In this document: positions 1-13,900 of the stretch, piece by piece
How positions within the stretch are numbered: the stretch's first letter is position 1
Layout: every line of letters begins with the position of its first letter
Assembly: GCA_032718475.1 (NCBI GenBank)
Contig: JAUCBJ010001300.1
Location: 1-64,000 of the forward strand
From: Nemertoderma westbladi
Lineage: Eukaryota > Animalia > Xenacoelomorpha
Reading direction: 5' to 3'
DNA length: 64,000 bases
The notes under the pieces: model-generated
The model's database searches: none
Seen by the model: only the letters and a program-made list of their open reading frames with translations
What the model was told of the DNA's origin: nothing
Program-made: the position numbers and the translations under genes

Positions 1-18
1 CAGTCCAGAGAGAAGACA

Positions 19-2066
19 TTGGAAAACAAGGTAAGTGAGAAACCCGTTTCTAGGAGAAGGGTAACACCAGTATGTTATACCGACGACGGTGAAAGCCAAA
101 CCTCTCAAGGAGAGGACAGCGGGAAAGACACTGACAGGCCTTATTATGTCAATAAAATGCCTAAAGAACAGGTAAGTAAATCCAAGTCTCGACCCAATGA
201 CAGAAGGGAACCGGTACAAAAAACCCCTCCTACGTCTCCTAAAGGAATTCAGGTGAGAAAGCCCGAGGAAAGAACAAGTGTGCACCACATAGCACAGGTT
301 AAAGTAAGTAACATCAAGCCGAAATGTGTGCTGTGCGACGGGCCCCACCGTTTAAATGCGTGTGATAAATTCCTGAGGAAATCACTCGAGGATAGACGTG
401 AAGTCATGTGGGATAAGCGGTTGTGTTATAATTGCCTCAGACGAGGACACCAACGGCGAACCTGTAACTCCGACGCAAGGTGTGCAAAGTGCGGCGCAAA
501 ACATCATATCTTGTTGCACACGGAATTCGAACGAAACAGCCCGAGTCAGGTAAGTGAGTCCGAACTACATGTCCAATTCAGTGATGTGAACGACACTGAT
601 CAATCTGAGATGGAAGGATTCTATACGGACGAGTTCTCCGACCAAAACGAATCCTGTTACCTAATAAACACCACCGCAGTGTATCGAGCACTCGTGCATG
701 AGAAAGACACAGACAGCGACCTTACCTTAACTACTTCCGATCAACAACCATCTTGGAAAGCGCCAACTTCCAATATAGGAATCCGAGAGTTTCCTGTGGT
801 CCAGGTACGGGTCCACGGACCTCAGAACGGAGCTATGTAGTGAACGCCCTCCTGGACTCCGGCAGCACAGGAACATTCATCGATAAAGAGCTAGCCGAAG
901 ATATATTTGCTGGACAACCCAAGTTCCAAACTAAGCTCAACATGTCAGGCATTATGCAAGTTTGGAAATCTACAATAACAGCTGATTATTATGTAGGCGC
1001 GTTGTCCACCCCACAAGACGAACTAGGAGAACATAGCATAAGGTCAGTGAAAATGGTGGCTATAAAGAACTTCGCTACTACTCAAGCAGACCTTTATAAT
1101 TGGGACGAGGATGAGAGCATCCAACATCTTAACATACCTCGATTCCAGACTGATTATCCTGGAGTGCAAATACTCATCGGCCAAAACGCGCATGAGGCGC
1201 TGGAGACATTAGAGAAACGACCTGCTCAACCGCAACCACTTCAGCCCTATGCGGTAAGAACTAGAGTAGGTTGGTACCTTACTGGACCTTCCCGTAGAAC
1301 GCTCAGAGAAAGACTGCTTCAAGATCGCGTCTGCCAGCGGAGTAAATGGGAAGATGATACTAGTGAGGGAGACGACCCAACTGAGGGAACACCATACTCC
1401 TCAGATAATGACGATATTAGCTCCAATTTAGATCAATGGAGATATTGTCCCAAGAAGTTTAATCCAACGGACATCGCTTCCAGAGGAGTAACTCCTCAAG
1501 AACTGACAGATACTACAGACCGGTTAGGTGAACCCGACTTCCTGAGTAAGGAGGATGAATGGCCTCCCCATCTTACTCCGACTGAGATTAGACCAGCCAA
1601 GGGAGCGGAGAAAGTTAAACCTAAAACCCGGGCGGGTGGAGCGGAGTTATTTGAACCCGGGATAGATCTGTCGGTATTACATGTTGCCAGGGACGACGCC
1701 GTGGATCTGGGCCTCCCCTCCGCGAGTGGATCCTTCATGAAGATCAGAGAGAGCGATTGGAGCTCTGGAACATCAGACGTCTCGCAGGGACTCTCACCTC
1801 TCCTGCAGAGAGCGACGGACCACTATAGCTCCTGGAATCGGCTTTGTGACGCCGTCATATACTTTGAGCGATGTTTCTATCGTCACTATTCCAGGACGAA
1901 GAGGAAACCTGGAATTGTATTCAGGATGCAGCGACTCAATCACCCAGTCGGTCGTTTGTGTTTATCGGAAGGGAATGGAGGACTCTCCGGAAACTGTGGA
2001 AGGCAAGATTCTCTTCCCACGACCACCTCCCTAATCCTTCAAACATCTAGGGACTCCATAACGTAA
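19..2066 (+). pseudogene. BEL/Pao gag-protease polyprotein remnant (ORFs 19-840 and 753-2066 joined by a -1 shift near 830)
   Basis: FPVVQVRVHGPQNG in ORF1 continues as SYVVNALLDSGS in ORF2 if one base is added at ...aacggagctat... Confidence 0.8.
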
Positions 2067-2084
2067 CAACATATGGAGTGGGTG

Positions 2085-2565
2085 TGTGACTCTATTATTT
2101 TATATTATTTTATTATTTTTATATTTATGTATGTATTACTATGTAATTTTATTATAATCGTTTTATTTAATTTAGTAGAATATTATTTAGCGATTATTTT
2201 GTAGAATAGTGCAATATATTCGTGTTTATTACGTACGTAATTACTTATATTATATTTAGTGCGACGGCGAAGAAATAATTATTTTTTCTCTTTCCTTACT
2301 GTCCGTATTATATTATAAATACGTAACTACAGTAAGATGAAATGTCTGTACTTATTAAAGTACAATAAAGCCACTACTATATTTAAGTATTATTGGTAGG
2401 CAGAGTATTAGGAATGCAAAGTTCAGATCCTCGTGTCTCGGCTAAACCAAGCTCTGGGTAGACCTTGGAAACGACTTGCCTCTTCACACTGACATTGCTT
2501 CGTGCGATATTGCTCTCATACCGTATATTAAATAATACATATAGTAGCGTGATGTCCCTTTAACA
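2085..2565 (+). repeat. Putative 3' LTR of the BEL/Pao element (~480 bp)
   Basis: Starts TGTGAC right after the PPT-like tract, AT-rich, contains AATAAA, ends CCCTTTAACA. The partner LTR is outside the window. Confidence 0.6.
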
Positions 2566-3511
2566 GTAGCGTATAACGCAAAATAAATCTGTTAAACCCT
2601 TTGACCATCTGTAATTCTAGTCGATTAAGATATCGCGGCACCCACCGATATACTTGAAAGACAAATTCTAGAATCAGTGGTTAACGTCCCCAGACATGTT
2701 CTGGAATCCAAATATGTCCATTTAATTATCAAATAATAAAATTTCAGGGAATCAATTTAAATTCATGCCTTTTAATGAATTTAATAAATTGCCATTTTTA
2801 CGCAATTTATAAAGTTCCCAAAATTCCATTAATTAATAGATCAAGGGAGCGGAGATTTATCTTAGCATGCGTATGAGTGTGTGAAAGTCTCCCAAACATA
2901 GTCAATAGCCGATAAAATTCATAAAGTCATGTATAAAACAGAACATTGACTATTAAAGAATTACTATTAAATAACATCCCAGATCTGTATGCATTGGAAT
3001 CACCCTAATTCTACCGCTAGCTTTGCATAATGTCACCATAGCAACAACCACGCTAGAATTAGAATTGAGTTAAAAGAACAATAGAAAGCTTGTCCCATTG
3101 AATAGCATAGGGAATAAATAGTGCACTGATAGTATCCAAGGATACATAATAATACAGTGACATTCTGGAAGGCATTGACTAACGGACAAGTGACCCGAGT
3201 GTGTGTAATTTGTGACAAGTTGTGTGTGTGGTACTTGTGAGTTTATAGGCGAATGTTACTACTAAGGTGTGTTTACAGTAGCTAGTCGCAATCGTAAAAG
3301 TAACCTAACTCTCCAAGGAAAACCTGAAGTACATCTAAGCCTTTGGGACGGACAGTCGAGTGACTTGTGCCGGTTGTCGTTGTCGTTGTGCGGCTACGTC
3401 GTTGGCGAAAGTACGGCGGCGACGACACATCGGCGCTGAGGATCTCGTACTGTCCGGGGGTTAATTGGGGTAGGCAGCGACGCCCGCTCGCCTAAATATA
3501 AACTCCTTATA

Positions 3512-5056
3512 ATGTGGATAAACTCATATATAGCAGACATGACGGAGTTGATAGAAGATGGTCTTGGTATCGGGGAGCGATATACTCTACTTTTACAAGC
3601 GTTTGTTGATAGCTTAATACGCGGCGACGTTAGTCCAACTGCTGCAGAGGACGATGGTCGTTATATCGAACCGACAATGTCCCAAGTGCAGCTCTCGCGG
3701 GAGTTGGACTATAGAAAATTCGCTGCTCGATATACGCAGCGTAATGGTACGTATATGGGCTTCTTAACTACTGGTCATCCTATCGATTTACACGATACGG
3801 ACAATGTCGACACCAAAAGGGAAATGGTACGATTGAAATATCCTACCCAGCGGAGGCGGAACGATAAACCGAGAATGGAACACGAGAATTCTATTCGAAA
3901 CAGACTCGAAAGAGAAAACGTTGAGGAGCCGGATAAACGCAGCGACTTCAACGATTATCTGGAATTCCTGATAGAAACATATCTCAATATTGCCAGTCAA
4001 CAAAATCTAGAAACTCGATATCCTCAAGGTATACATCATGACCGCATGGTAGAACTCAAACGGCTCGATTCCCCTATGATGTATCTTACCGCCGATCGAC
4101 CGCTACCTGTTGTACCGAATAGCTTCGAACGGATGGAGGAATATTGTAAGCTGGAGAAAGATCACTCGCGTTTCCCCTACAAGACGTACGTTTTTGGGTA
4201 TTATTACGGTAAATGCCCTAGACCCAGCCAATAAACGGAAAGACATAAACATCCACGGAAACGTTGTGTTAAACACAGTGGTGTTCGTTATATTTACTGG
4301 AGTTTCGAGCGAAACTTGTTTGACGTATCACCTATGCTCACTCGGCTCTAACGATCCTAGAGTAAACCTATGATCAGAGTCCCGTAATACTCGGTCAAAC
4401 CTCCTCATTCCTTAGTTGGACCTCAGACCTGCGATCCTGGTGGTGTCGCGGATCCTCGCGGACGGTATTCACTGTTCAAGATCTAGTGCTACCCTAACAA
4501 TTAATCGGTAACACTCCGACAGTGATTTCTAGCTAGCCGCCCATCTTACCTAGCCGGATTATGACGCAGACACCTAATATCACTATCCAACCGTATGGTC
4601 GTCCCGTTTAACGCAATACAACCCTTCATCAAGGTGAAGGAGAGCGTTGTACGACACGAGTTAAACGCTATTCTATAAAGATCAACAAAGAAACCTGCGT
4701 TTGTTCAGATAAACGTAAGTTATAACATTAAGTCCAATCGATAAACGAATTGGCCTTATCTCAGTTCGATTGGGAAACCTCGAATCTCAAAGAAGATATC
4801 AAGCTTAGAAAACCCTATTCTCTGCGAGAGTTTTGGATGAACGTATCCCATGACAAGCGGAGGAAAATCAGCTCGAGGAGAAGCATATCGAAATGGACGA
4901 GACACCGACCGTAAACCCAAACCTTTTAATGCAATCATATTGCACCCTTCACCCAGGAGTTATGGCCCTCCTAGTAAAGTGGCTTCCCCCAAAGAGAAAA
5001 GGACTCTTGCTAGCCTTAAGAAACTGCGTAAACGCCGTCCGCGCAAGAAAGACTAA
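3512..5056 (+). pseudogene. Orphan ORF (240 aa, 3512-4234) with degraded continuation to a basic C-terminal segment (4850-5056); possible extra 3' ORF of an LTR element
   Basis: TATATAAA just upstream (~3496). CpG-rich, coding-like sequence. The frame continues past the TAA at 4234 (TERHKHPRKRCVKHSGVRYIYWSFERNLFDVSPMLTRL). It lies directly upstream of PPT-like GGGAGCGG and an LTR-like repeat. Confidence 0.4.
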
Positions 5057-5134
5057 CTGTTTAGAGTATTTTTATATTTTAGAAACTGTGATTTTGTATA
5101 TTTTATAGACTTAAATCCCATTTTCTGGGAGCGG

Positions 5135-6350
5135 TGTAAAAGCTTTTGTGGGATAACTGATTCGTTTGCCTTGTTGGCCAGTTCCCCCCCAGTCGCTAAG
5201 AATACTCTCAAAGTGATCTACAGCTAAAAATAGTGCAAGTTACCAGCTTATTGGCTGATTTGCTGTACGCAGGCATCTGGGCTCTGTTTAATCGGCCAAC
5301 AAGCCTAGGGAGGTTGCGTCATAGCCTTGTTTTTGTATCTCCCAATAGAATTTTGAGTTAGCCTTGATTTTGACCAATCACAGAGTACTGAACTGAAAAT
5401 TTCCTATCTCACTGCTCTTTCTCTGTGTTGAACGGGAGCTTCGTGGAATAAGAGTGGTTGGTATACTCGTATAGAGCAGTAGTCACGAGTTTTTCAAAGC
5501 CACGAAAGAACGGCTTTTAGTGTTTTATGTTTTATGCTTTTTAGCTCAACACTAGTAGGTTTAATTACAAGGACATATATCCTTTAACTGACGAAACAAA
5601 CACTCTGCAATTTCGTATCACTGCTACTGCATACTGCATAACTGGCTTTGTGAATATTGCATACTGCTATTTGTTGTCGGTTATTCATTATATTTGTTGA
5701 TGAATTATTATATTGGAATAACGAGAAATAACCCCGACACCCAATATTCTTGATATACCGAAGGTAAGAGAGAAAGGTTACAGATAAACGATTGTGACTT
5801 ATGTTAAAGTGGTTTGAAGTGAATCTAATGTTATTTGATAGACCCTACATGAGTCAGTCTGTGTTCCTTTTATATGTGACTAAAATCAGTGAAGATCGGC
5901 AGATTAGTGTGCAGTATTGTGCAGCATTGTGTATGAGTGAGTCTGTTAAAGAAGCATTCCTAAAGAATGCGCCATATATGTGAATTATAATTAAGCCATA
6001 TCGTTGTGAGTAGTTTAAGTCATAACTCTGTTTAAGTAGATAAAGCGCCACGTCCTAAAGGAACTGTTAATATTACCTAAGGTGAATAATATTGTCAGAG
6101 ATTATATAATACTGTCAGTCGAATAATACATTAGGCTTACATAGCAACAAAATTAAACCGTCGAACCCAATCTCCCGGGAATATCCAGCGGGTGAATGGT
6201 CGCGCACGGATTGGTTTCGACTAGTGTAGTGAATCAAATACTTGTCATAGGCTAAAAAGCGATTTAATATCTAGAAGACATCTTAATTTGGCGGGTTAAA
6301 CTGCCAAAGGTCTGAAAGCGCGAACACCAAAGTAGCTACATTTTATTGCA
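5135..6350 (+). mobile_element. LTR-like repeat (~1.2 kb, TGTAA...TTGCA), probably a 3' LTR; diverged homologue of 59701-60935
   Basis: Collinear similarity with 59701-60935 from the shared start TGTAAAAGCTTTTGTGGGATAACTGATTCG through GCGCCACGTCCTAAAGGAACTGTTAATAT to TTATTGCAGT. Preceded by GGGAGCGG (5127-5134). Confidence 0.7.
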
Positions 6351-6847
6351 GTTAATGTAAATGTTGGATTCTTAAAAAAGTGAATGTATTTTGTTCTCAT
6401 GTAAATTTATCGCATTTAAAAAATAAAAATGGCGATATATTTGTATTTAAATTAATCGCCGGTCTTCCCTCTATAAGAAAAATGTTCATTTGAAAAAATT
6501 GATTGCATTTATATTCAACCAGAGGGCCCAACATAGAGTTAGGTATGGGTCGGCTAGCTAGTTTGTTTTTGGCCTGTAGTTCTAGAATGCAAATTAGCTA
6601 TACCGATCACCAACTGTGTTCTGACGTCTAACATGGTCCTCCATCCAAAAATAATAGTCTCGTTAATTTACCGAATGTATTGCGCTTAACGCCGCCAGAG
6701 CCCGTACTATTAATGGCTAATGGCTGAGATTGTAAAAAGTACGAAAGGTCGAACGCAACTAAACTTTAATGGCAATCGTCATACTTTAAGATTAAAACAA
6801 GGCAATAAAATGTACTGGGAATGTACGGAAAGAAAGGTGGGCTGACA

Positions 6848-6996
6848 TATTGGGCAAGTGACCTATTGGTAAAGTGACTTATATATTTTAAACTATATTT
6901 TAAACAAGTGACCCATTGGGAAAATGACGCGTCTGCTTTTTATTGGGCAACTGACTCATTGGGCAAGTGACCTATTGGGCAAATGACAGTTAACCG
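6848..6996. repeat. Degenerate ATTGGGCAAGTGACC repeats, likely the subterminal repeats of a DNA transposon end
   Basis: About six copies of ATTGGG(C/A)AA(G/A)TGAC ending at GACAGTTAACCG. Confidence 0.45.
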
Positions 6997-7127
6997 TTCC
7001 ATTAGCGGTAATTGTTTGATTTAGGCTAATCAATTGTATTGTACAGACGGTACTTCGCCCAATGTTTCGGTTTTCGTTATTAGGCTGCCCTGCATAGTGC
7101 ACAGGCGTGTTATTTATTACAACAATA

Positions 7128-7395
7128 TTGATAGCAATGGATCCGTCCATTCTCGCCAGCTCTCGCTGGCAAGCTTGTTTACCATATGAAGGCTCGAGGC
7201 AACTAGAACGCCCCTCTCTCTTGGCTATTATCTGAAAGGCGGTGAGGGCGCCACACTAACTTTTCCTTACTCCCACCGCAGAAACCCGGTTCCCCGGAGG
7301 CACCATATCAGTTACAAAATTGTAACTGGCTCGGCACGGGATCGAACCTGGGAACAGGAGATGCAATGTGTGAAGCGATCTGACAGCGATTTGAC
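7128..7395 (-). mobile_element. tRNA-derived SINE fragment
   Basis: The minus strand reads CCCAGGTTCGATCCCGTGCCGAGCC (Pol III B box), then a GC-rich body (GGTGGGAGTAAGG...GTGTGGCGCCCTCACC...ATAGCCAAGAG) resembling conserved SINE central domains. No clear A box. Confidence 0.5.
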
Positions 7396-8399
7396 TTACT
7401 TATTCTAGTCTAATAATAAACTGCACTAAATAATTAGATACGAACCGTGATACACCAGATTTAATGTAGATGGAGTAGCAGTAGATACAAACACGTAACA
7501 TCTCTACTACTGTACCACATGTATAAAAACTAACCATAACCATAACCGCTACACGATATAATATATAATATATATTTACATTAAATAATAAATTCCTATA
7601 TAAGAATCTAACAATTATAAATTTATAAAGGTGTGAGTCAGAGCACATTATGATACAGGAATGGAAATTAATGGCATCATAAAAAATCATCACCCAATTG
7701 AACGCCAACTCACGAAATTACTACCACCCCTTATGAATCCTGTGGAATAAATTAGGCTACCAATAATTAAAGTTGACCCAAAAAAAAACATAATTTTAAA
7801 ATATATACTTTTGGAATAAAAGACATACGAGACAAATTTACCAGATAGAATGGATCCCGTCCCAGAAGGAATACTTCGTACTACTGTTTTCATTACCTGC
7901 AAGATAAATTCTGTAACAAGTACCATCTGAGGTATTTTAATCCGGACAAACTTCCTCAAAGAGCCACGAAAAACAAGCTGTCGAAAATTGCTACAGTCCC
8001 AACATCTAAACCGCGAGAGGCATGCTTACATAGCATTTCAAAGGAACTAGCTTAGCAGACCCCCTACCCCCACCCCACCACCATGTAAACATAGAGGCGA
8101 TGAAACACGCAAACTAGTCGAACAGATTTTCTGGGGCTTCAGTTAACTATTGTGATAAGTTAATGAACATATTGAATTTGTTTATTTGTAATGATTTGTC
8201 GTGTTTATAGCAAATGATGTCTTACACAACACATACAAAAAACAGACATATGTAAATTACTATCAATTAAGTAGTTACAGTGCATCTGTCTCCCGAAACT
8301 TGAACTACATACTGTACAAAGGTTTACTCTGAATATTGAACTGAATATATTTATCTCATGCCTTAAAGATTGAACCCAGGTTTACCTTGTAACGAAGAA

Positions 8400-9525
8400 T
8401 ACCTTGCTACACAACACCTATACCTTGGTACACTACCTTGCTACACAACACGTATACCTTGGCACACTACCTTGCTACACAACACGTATACCTTGGTACA
8501 CTACCTTGCTACACAACACGTATACCTTGGTACACTACCTTGCTACACAACACGTATACCTTGGTACACTACCTTGCTACACAACACGTATACCTTGGTA
8601 CACTACTACCTTGCTACACAACACCTATACCTTGGTACACTACCTTGCTACACAACACGTATACCTTGGTACACTACCTTGCTACACAACACGTATACCT
8701 TGGTACACTACCTTGCTACACAACACGTATACCTTGGTACACTACCTTGCTACACAACACTTATACCTTGGTACACTACCTTACGTATACCTTGGTACAC
8801 TACCTTGCTACACAACACGTATACCTTGGTACACTACCTTGCTACACAACACGTATACCTTGGTACACTACCTTGCTACACAACACGTATACCTTGGTAT
8901 ACTACCTTGCTACACAACACGTATACCTTGGTACACTACCTCGCAACACAACACTTATACCTTGGTACACTACCTTACGTATACCTTGGTACACTACCTT
9001 GCTACACAACACGTATACCTTGGTACACTACCTTGCTACACAACACGTATACCTTGGTATACTACCTTGCTACACAACACGTATACCTTGGTACACTACC
9101 TTGCAACACAACACGTATACCTTGGTACACTACCTTGCTACACAACACGTATACCTTGGTATACTACCTTGCTACACAACACCTATACCTTGGTACACTA
9201 CCTTGCTACACAACACGTATACCTTGGTACACTACCTTGCTACACAACACGTATACCTTGGTACACTACTACCTTGCTACACAACACCTATACCTTGGTA
9301 CACTACCTTGCTACACAACACCTATACCTTGGTACACTACCTTGCTACACAAAACGTATGCCTTGGCACACTACCTTGCTACAAAAAACGTATACCTTGG
9401 TACACTACCTTGCTACACAACACTTATACCTTGGTACACTACCTTACGTATACCTTGGTACACAAAACGTATACCTTGAAAATGTAACCAATGTATACCT
9501 TGGTGCACAAAATGTATACCTTGGA
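8400..9525. repeat. 34-bp minisatellite (CCTTGCTACACAACACGTATACCTTGGTACACTA), about 30 copies
   Basis: Direct tandem repeats. They explain the three overlapping ORFs at 8370-9528. Confidence 0.97.
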
Positions 9526-9978
9526 TAGCATTTAGCGTTATTTCGCCTATAAAACTTTTAGACTTGAGTATATTTATGTATTTTGGCCAGATCTGGAAAG
9601 AGCTCAAGAAGACGATTCCAATGGTATATAATATATTGGGGTTCGGTAAGAAATAAAAAAAAAATATTTTGCAACGCTTTGAGCCACGTTTATTGACCAA
9701 TGACCATATACTTTGCACCAGATAATTTACTTTGTGAAAAAAAAACTTTAAGGTTAACAGAATAAATATAATATCATTACCCCAAAAATAAAACATTTCC
9801 ACAATTAATACGTATACTTATGATTCAAATAATGTAATTTCTGAACAAAAAATAGATTTGTACACCTAAATAATTATATTTGCGCAAAATTAATAATAAA
9901 AGTCAAACAATTTAATTTTCGACACAAATTACATACTTTCCCACCAAAAAAACTATATTACCAGCAGAAAGTCAAGTA

Positions 9979-10256
9979 CTCTGGAGTCCCGAATAGACGG
10001 GGCGACACGGCTATTAATTTTTTCTAAAAAATTTAGTGCATTTTTTATTGTGAGCAAATAAACGTTTGTTCTCATAATAATTGCGAGTTGAAAGTGAAAG
10101 AAAACCAAAACCTTGTACCGAGTATACCGCCGGTAGCCGTAGGTACTACTGTCCCCTGTACCCCTATACTGTATGTTAAGTAAGTAGGCCTAAGTTTACA
10201 AAATTTTCCACCCACCACGTCTATTCCAGCCACCCCGTCTATTCGGGACTCCAGAG
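9979..10256. mobile_element. 278-bp MITE with 24-bp TIRs and TA TSD (Tc1/mariner-pogo type)
   Basis: TA|CTCTGGAGTCCCGAATAGACGGGG ... CCCCGTCTATTCGGGACTCCAGAG|TA. Confidence 0.85.
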
Positions 10257-10560
10257 TATTCGATCCAGTAATTAATAGCCCTAACAATCAAAATCCAATA
10301 AGTTGTAGATCTACTGTACAAACAGTATGATAATATATTAGGGCACACAGCTCGGTGTAAAGAAATTATTAGATGCTAAAATTGTCAATTAAGGGAAAGG
10401 AACAGGCTACAGATGCGGGGTTTTCTTACCAAAACAATAAACGCTTTCGTTACCAATTGAAGGAAAGGGAAAGGAGCAGTTTAAATTGGCAGCTATTTAT
10501 AAATGATATCTAAATAAATAAATTAATATTTTGGAAGAATAATATTTATTTGGGGAATTC

Positions 10561-10685
10561 AACAACTAATTGGGACATTAAAACAATCAACTAATTGGGA
10601 CATTAAAACAATCAAATAATTGGAACATTGAAACAATCAACTAATTGGGACATTAAAACAATCAACTAATGGGGACATTAAAATT
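10561..10685. repeat. 25-bp tandem repeat (AACAATCAACTAATTGGGACATTAA), about 5 copies
   Basis: Direct repeats visible in sequence. Confidence 0.85.
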
Positions 10686-10962
10686 ATTAAATTTGAGACG
10701 ATAATAATTGGTGCAAAAAGTATGTAATTTGTGACGGAAATAATTTGCGACGTTTAAATATTAATTTCACACATTATGAACCCGGCGTGGATGAAAATAT
10801 TAATTTAATAACCTAAAACTTTTGAAAAATTAATTGTCTTCATAATTTAATGCCTATATAGTAAACCTTGTGCGGAAACACCGATGACTACAACATTGTT
10901 ACTAAGCTGACGGAAGAATAGATTATGCCTTCCTTCTATCTGAAGGCCGATCTCAGCCACTA

Positions 10963-13900
10963 TTAATGTCCCTTCAACCCGAAGGCTGCCCTCAGACACA
11001 CCTCGGCCTCCACTTTGTGCACGACGCCGATGCCGACGGCCGACGCGGCCAACTCGGCGCGTCCGACGTACCCCAGACGGATACCCACATTGTTGGCGAA
11101 CCGGGGTGCCACGAACTGCCAGACCCCCTGGTTGCGGTGCTCCTCCTGGGCCCAGACGAACTCCCGAGCCGCTGGGTACCCCGCGAGGACCCGTTGCAAC
11201 GCCGCCGTCGGGAACGGACACAACTCCTCCACGCGGATCACCGCCGACTCCGCACCGATCCGCGTCTCGCGACGCAACGCACCCAACGCGTAATAATGTT
11301 TCCCGCAAACAAATATTAAACGCTTAACTTTGCGACGCTCTAAAACAGCGGGATCGTCTAAAACCGGTTGAAACGAAGTCCCCGGGGCGAGATCCGCGAG
11401 CGGACTTCCGGCTTCCGGAAGTCGGATTAGAACCTTCGGCGCCATGACGACCAGCGGTTTACGGAAGTTTCTCATCATCTGACGACGTAGGAGATGGAAG
11501 TATTGCGCCGGGGTTGTGGGGTTGGCGACGAACCAGTTTACCGAATCCCCGTCAATGCCGCACTCCCGACTGTCGGACATCTGTAGGAATCGTTCGACCC
11601 GACACGACGAGTGGTCCGGACCCGCTCCGTCCATACCGTGCGGCAGTAGCAGCACCAACCCGCTCTGCTGCAACCACTTCAGCTCGCCGCTCGCCACGTA
11701 GGTGTCCAGGATGATTTGCGCGCCGTTGAAGAAGTCGCCGAATTGGGCCTCCCAGATCGGCAGCACTTGAGGACTCTCGATCGAGATTCCGTACTCGAAA
11801 CCCAAAACCGCCTCCTCCGAGAGAGTCGAGTTGCAAACCTGGAAAGAAAGTAACTTATTATAATAATTAATGACGAAATTTATGTCACGAAATAATAATT
11901 GTTGAATTATCCCTATCTCAATCATAATTTTAGCCATAATAATATTAGGCTAAAATAAAATATAACGAACCCTAACGCAAAGTAACTCAACTACTATAAC
12001 TGGTTGTTACAGAACATGGATTATTGTTTTGGTTTTTAACTTTATTATTTAGTTACCGCTTACCGGCGCCTTTCCATTAATTACCAATATACCAATTTAA
12101 ACATTATCGCCAAATTAAATTCCAATGTTATACTAATAATCGTTGGTAGTGGAGGGGATAGCGGTTGGGTAACTTAGAATAACGTGCTACTGTTACCTGC
12201 TCCTTTGCCTTTCACTTAATTAATAATTGAACAATAAGTAGAGATATCATATGGCATCGCAAAATAATATGATGATTTGTAATTTGTGTAAATTAAAAAG
12301 CATTAATTTAAATCAAGTTAGTTTTTGACTAAATAAAGTTTTACAGCAAAGTGTTTTTATTTAAGAATAAACAATTAGAATAACTAAAAAAGGCATTGAA
12401 AATAAAATACAATAAAACTACCGCCGTCGTCGGTTCTAAATTAACATTTTCTTTATTAAAAATAAAAGCAAATATTCATATCCATTCACTTGACAAATAA
12501 TAAGATCATTACTAATATAACCGACCTCCAGGAATCCCTTCTGTTTGTCCACGATATCGTTGAGAGGAACGATAATCTCATCCGTCTCCTGGTCCACTAA
12601 CATCGCGTGTCGATGACTAAACGTGCCTCTTCCGACGTCCTGACCGCTTAGACGCACGTCGAACCCCTGAACCAACAACGAGCCGACAGCCAACGCCTCG
12701 GCGGTCGCCCAATCGATCCGCCCCGCTCGCAGCTGCTCCACGCGCCCGTCGCAATGAGCGCGACCCACCCGTGGGTGCAGGTTGAACCCCGTGGGCGTCG
12801 CCACAGAACGTCCGCCTATAAACCGCAACGCCTCAACCGGGAACCCAGAATCCCATTGGGTGACTTCGGATCCCGGCTGAACCAACCCGAACCATTGTTT
12901 ATCCAAATAGAATGCCGGACGTTTATAGGAATCTAAACCCTTTAATTTATCATTTAATTCATTAGAGAAACTCTCGTCAATGTCATTAACCTCTTCTACA
13001 GATATAATATTTTCTTTTATTAACTTCTCGGCGTAGGAATCCGGTATAGACTTTCTATTATCGATGACGGAATACATTATGGGTTGGGTTATTCGTGGGT
13101 CGTCGATTTCGTTATGACCCCATCTCCGGAAGCAGACAAGGTCTACAATAACGTCTTTACGGAATGCGTTACGGTAGGCGAGCGCCAGTCTGGTAGCCAT
13201 GACAACCTCCTCGGGACATGCGCCGTTCACGTGTATAACCGGACAGCCCGTGATCTTACCGAAGTCGCTCGCGTACCGCGATGAGCGGCCGTAATCGCGT
13301 TCAGTTGTGAAACCCAATTGGTTGTTAACTATAAGATGTACGGAGCCCTCCACACTGTAATGCGGAACGGTGGCCATGGATACTAGTTCCGCGATTACTC
13401 CCTGGGCGGAACATGCGGCGTCCCCGTGTACCTGTACGGGGAGCACTACATCTCCCTCCTGCTCTCGGGAGCAAAGGGAATAAGGACCCAGACGTAACGA
13501 ACGCAATCTACCGCGAGTCTTACCTATTATAACTGGGTTGTTGGCCTCTAGATGTGAGGGATTCGGTATCATAGAGACGTGAACCGATCTGTCACCCACA
13601 GGAATGTCTACAGACGTGTACAGATGGGTGAGGATATCCCCGGAGCAACCAGCCCCTTCAGGGAACTCAGGAAGTCCTCTCATCTTTTGGAACATGACCT
13701 CGACCGGGAAATTAAGGAGAACGGCCATAAGAGATAACCTTCCTCTATGAGGGATACAAAATAAAACTTGGTTTATATTATATTCGCTAACGCTGTTAAA
13801 AATCTCATTGAAAACTACTAACATACTTTCGGCCCCCTCACCCCCGTAACGCTTTATCGTTGAAAATTTACTGCCTAAAAAACGTTCGAAAGTTTGCGAC

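Larger units (their letters stand above)
1..2565 (+). mobile_element. BEL/Pao LTR retrotransposon, 3' part, internally deleted (gag-protease-RNaseH remnant plus 3' LTR)
   Basis: Three BEL-type Cys-His boxes (CVLCDGPHRLNAC, CYNCLRRGHQRRTC, CAKCGAKHHILLH), protease motif ALLDSGS and Pao RNaseH C-terminal motif QWRYCPKKFNPTDIASRG. Purine-rich tract GGAGTGGGTG (2075-2084) is followed by a TG...AACA segment. No RT or integrase core is visible. Confidence 0.85.

Noticed and set aside
8370-9528. Three long overlapping ORFs (349-374 aa)
   Set aside because: Translation of a stop-free 34-bp minisatellite; the same peptide cycles through all three frames.
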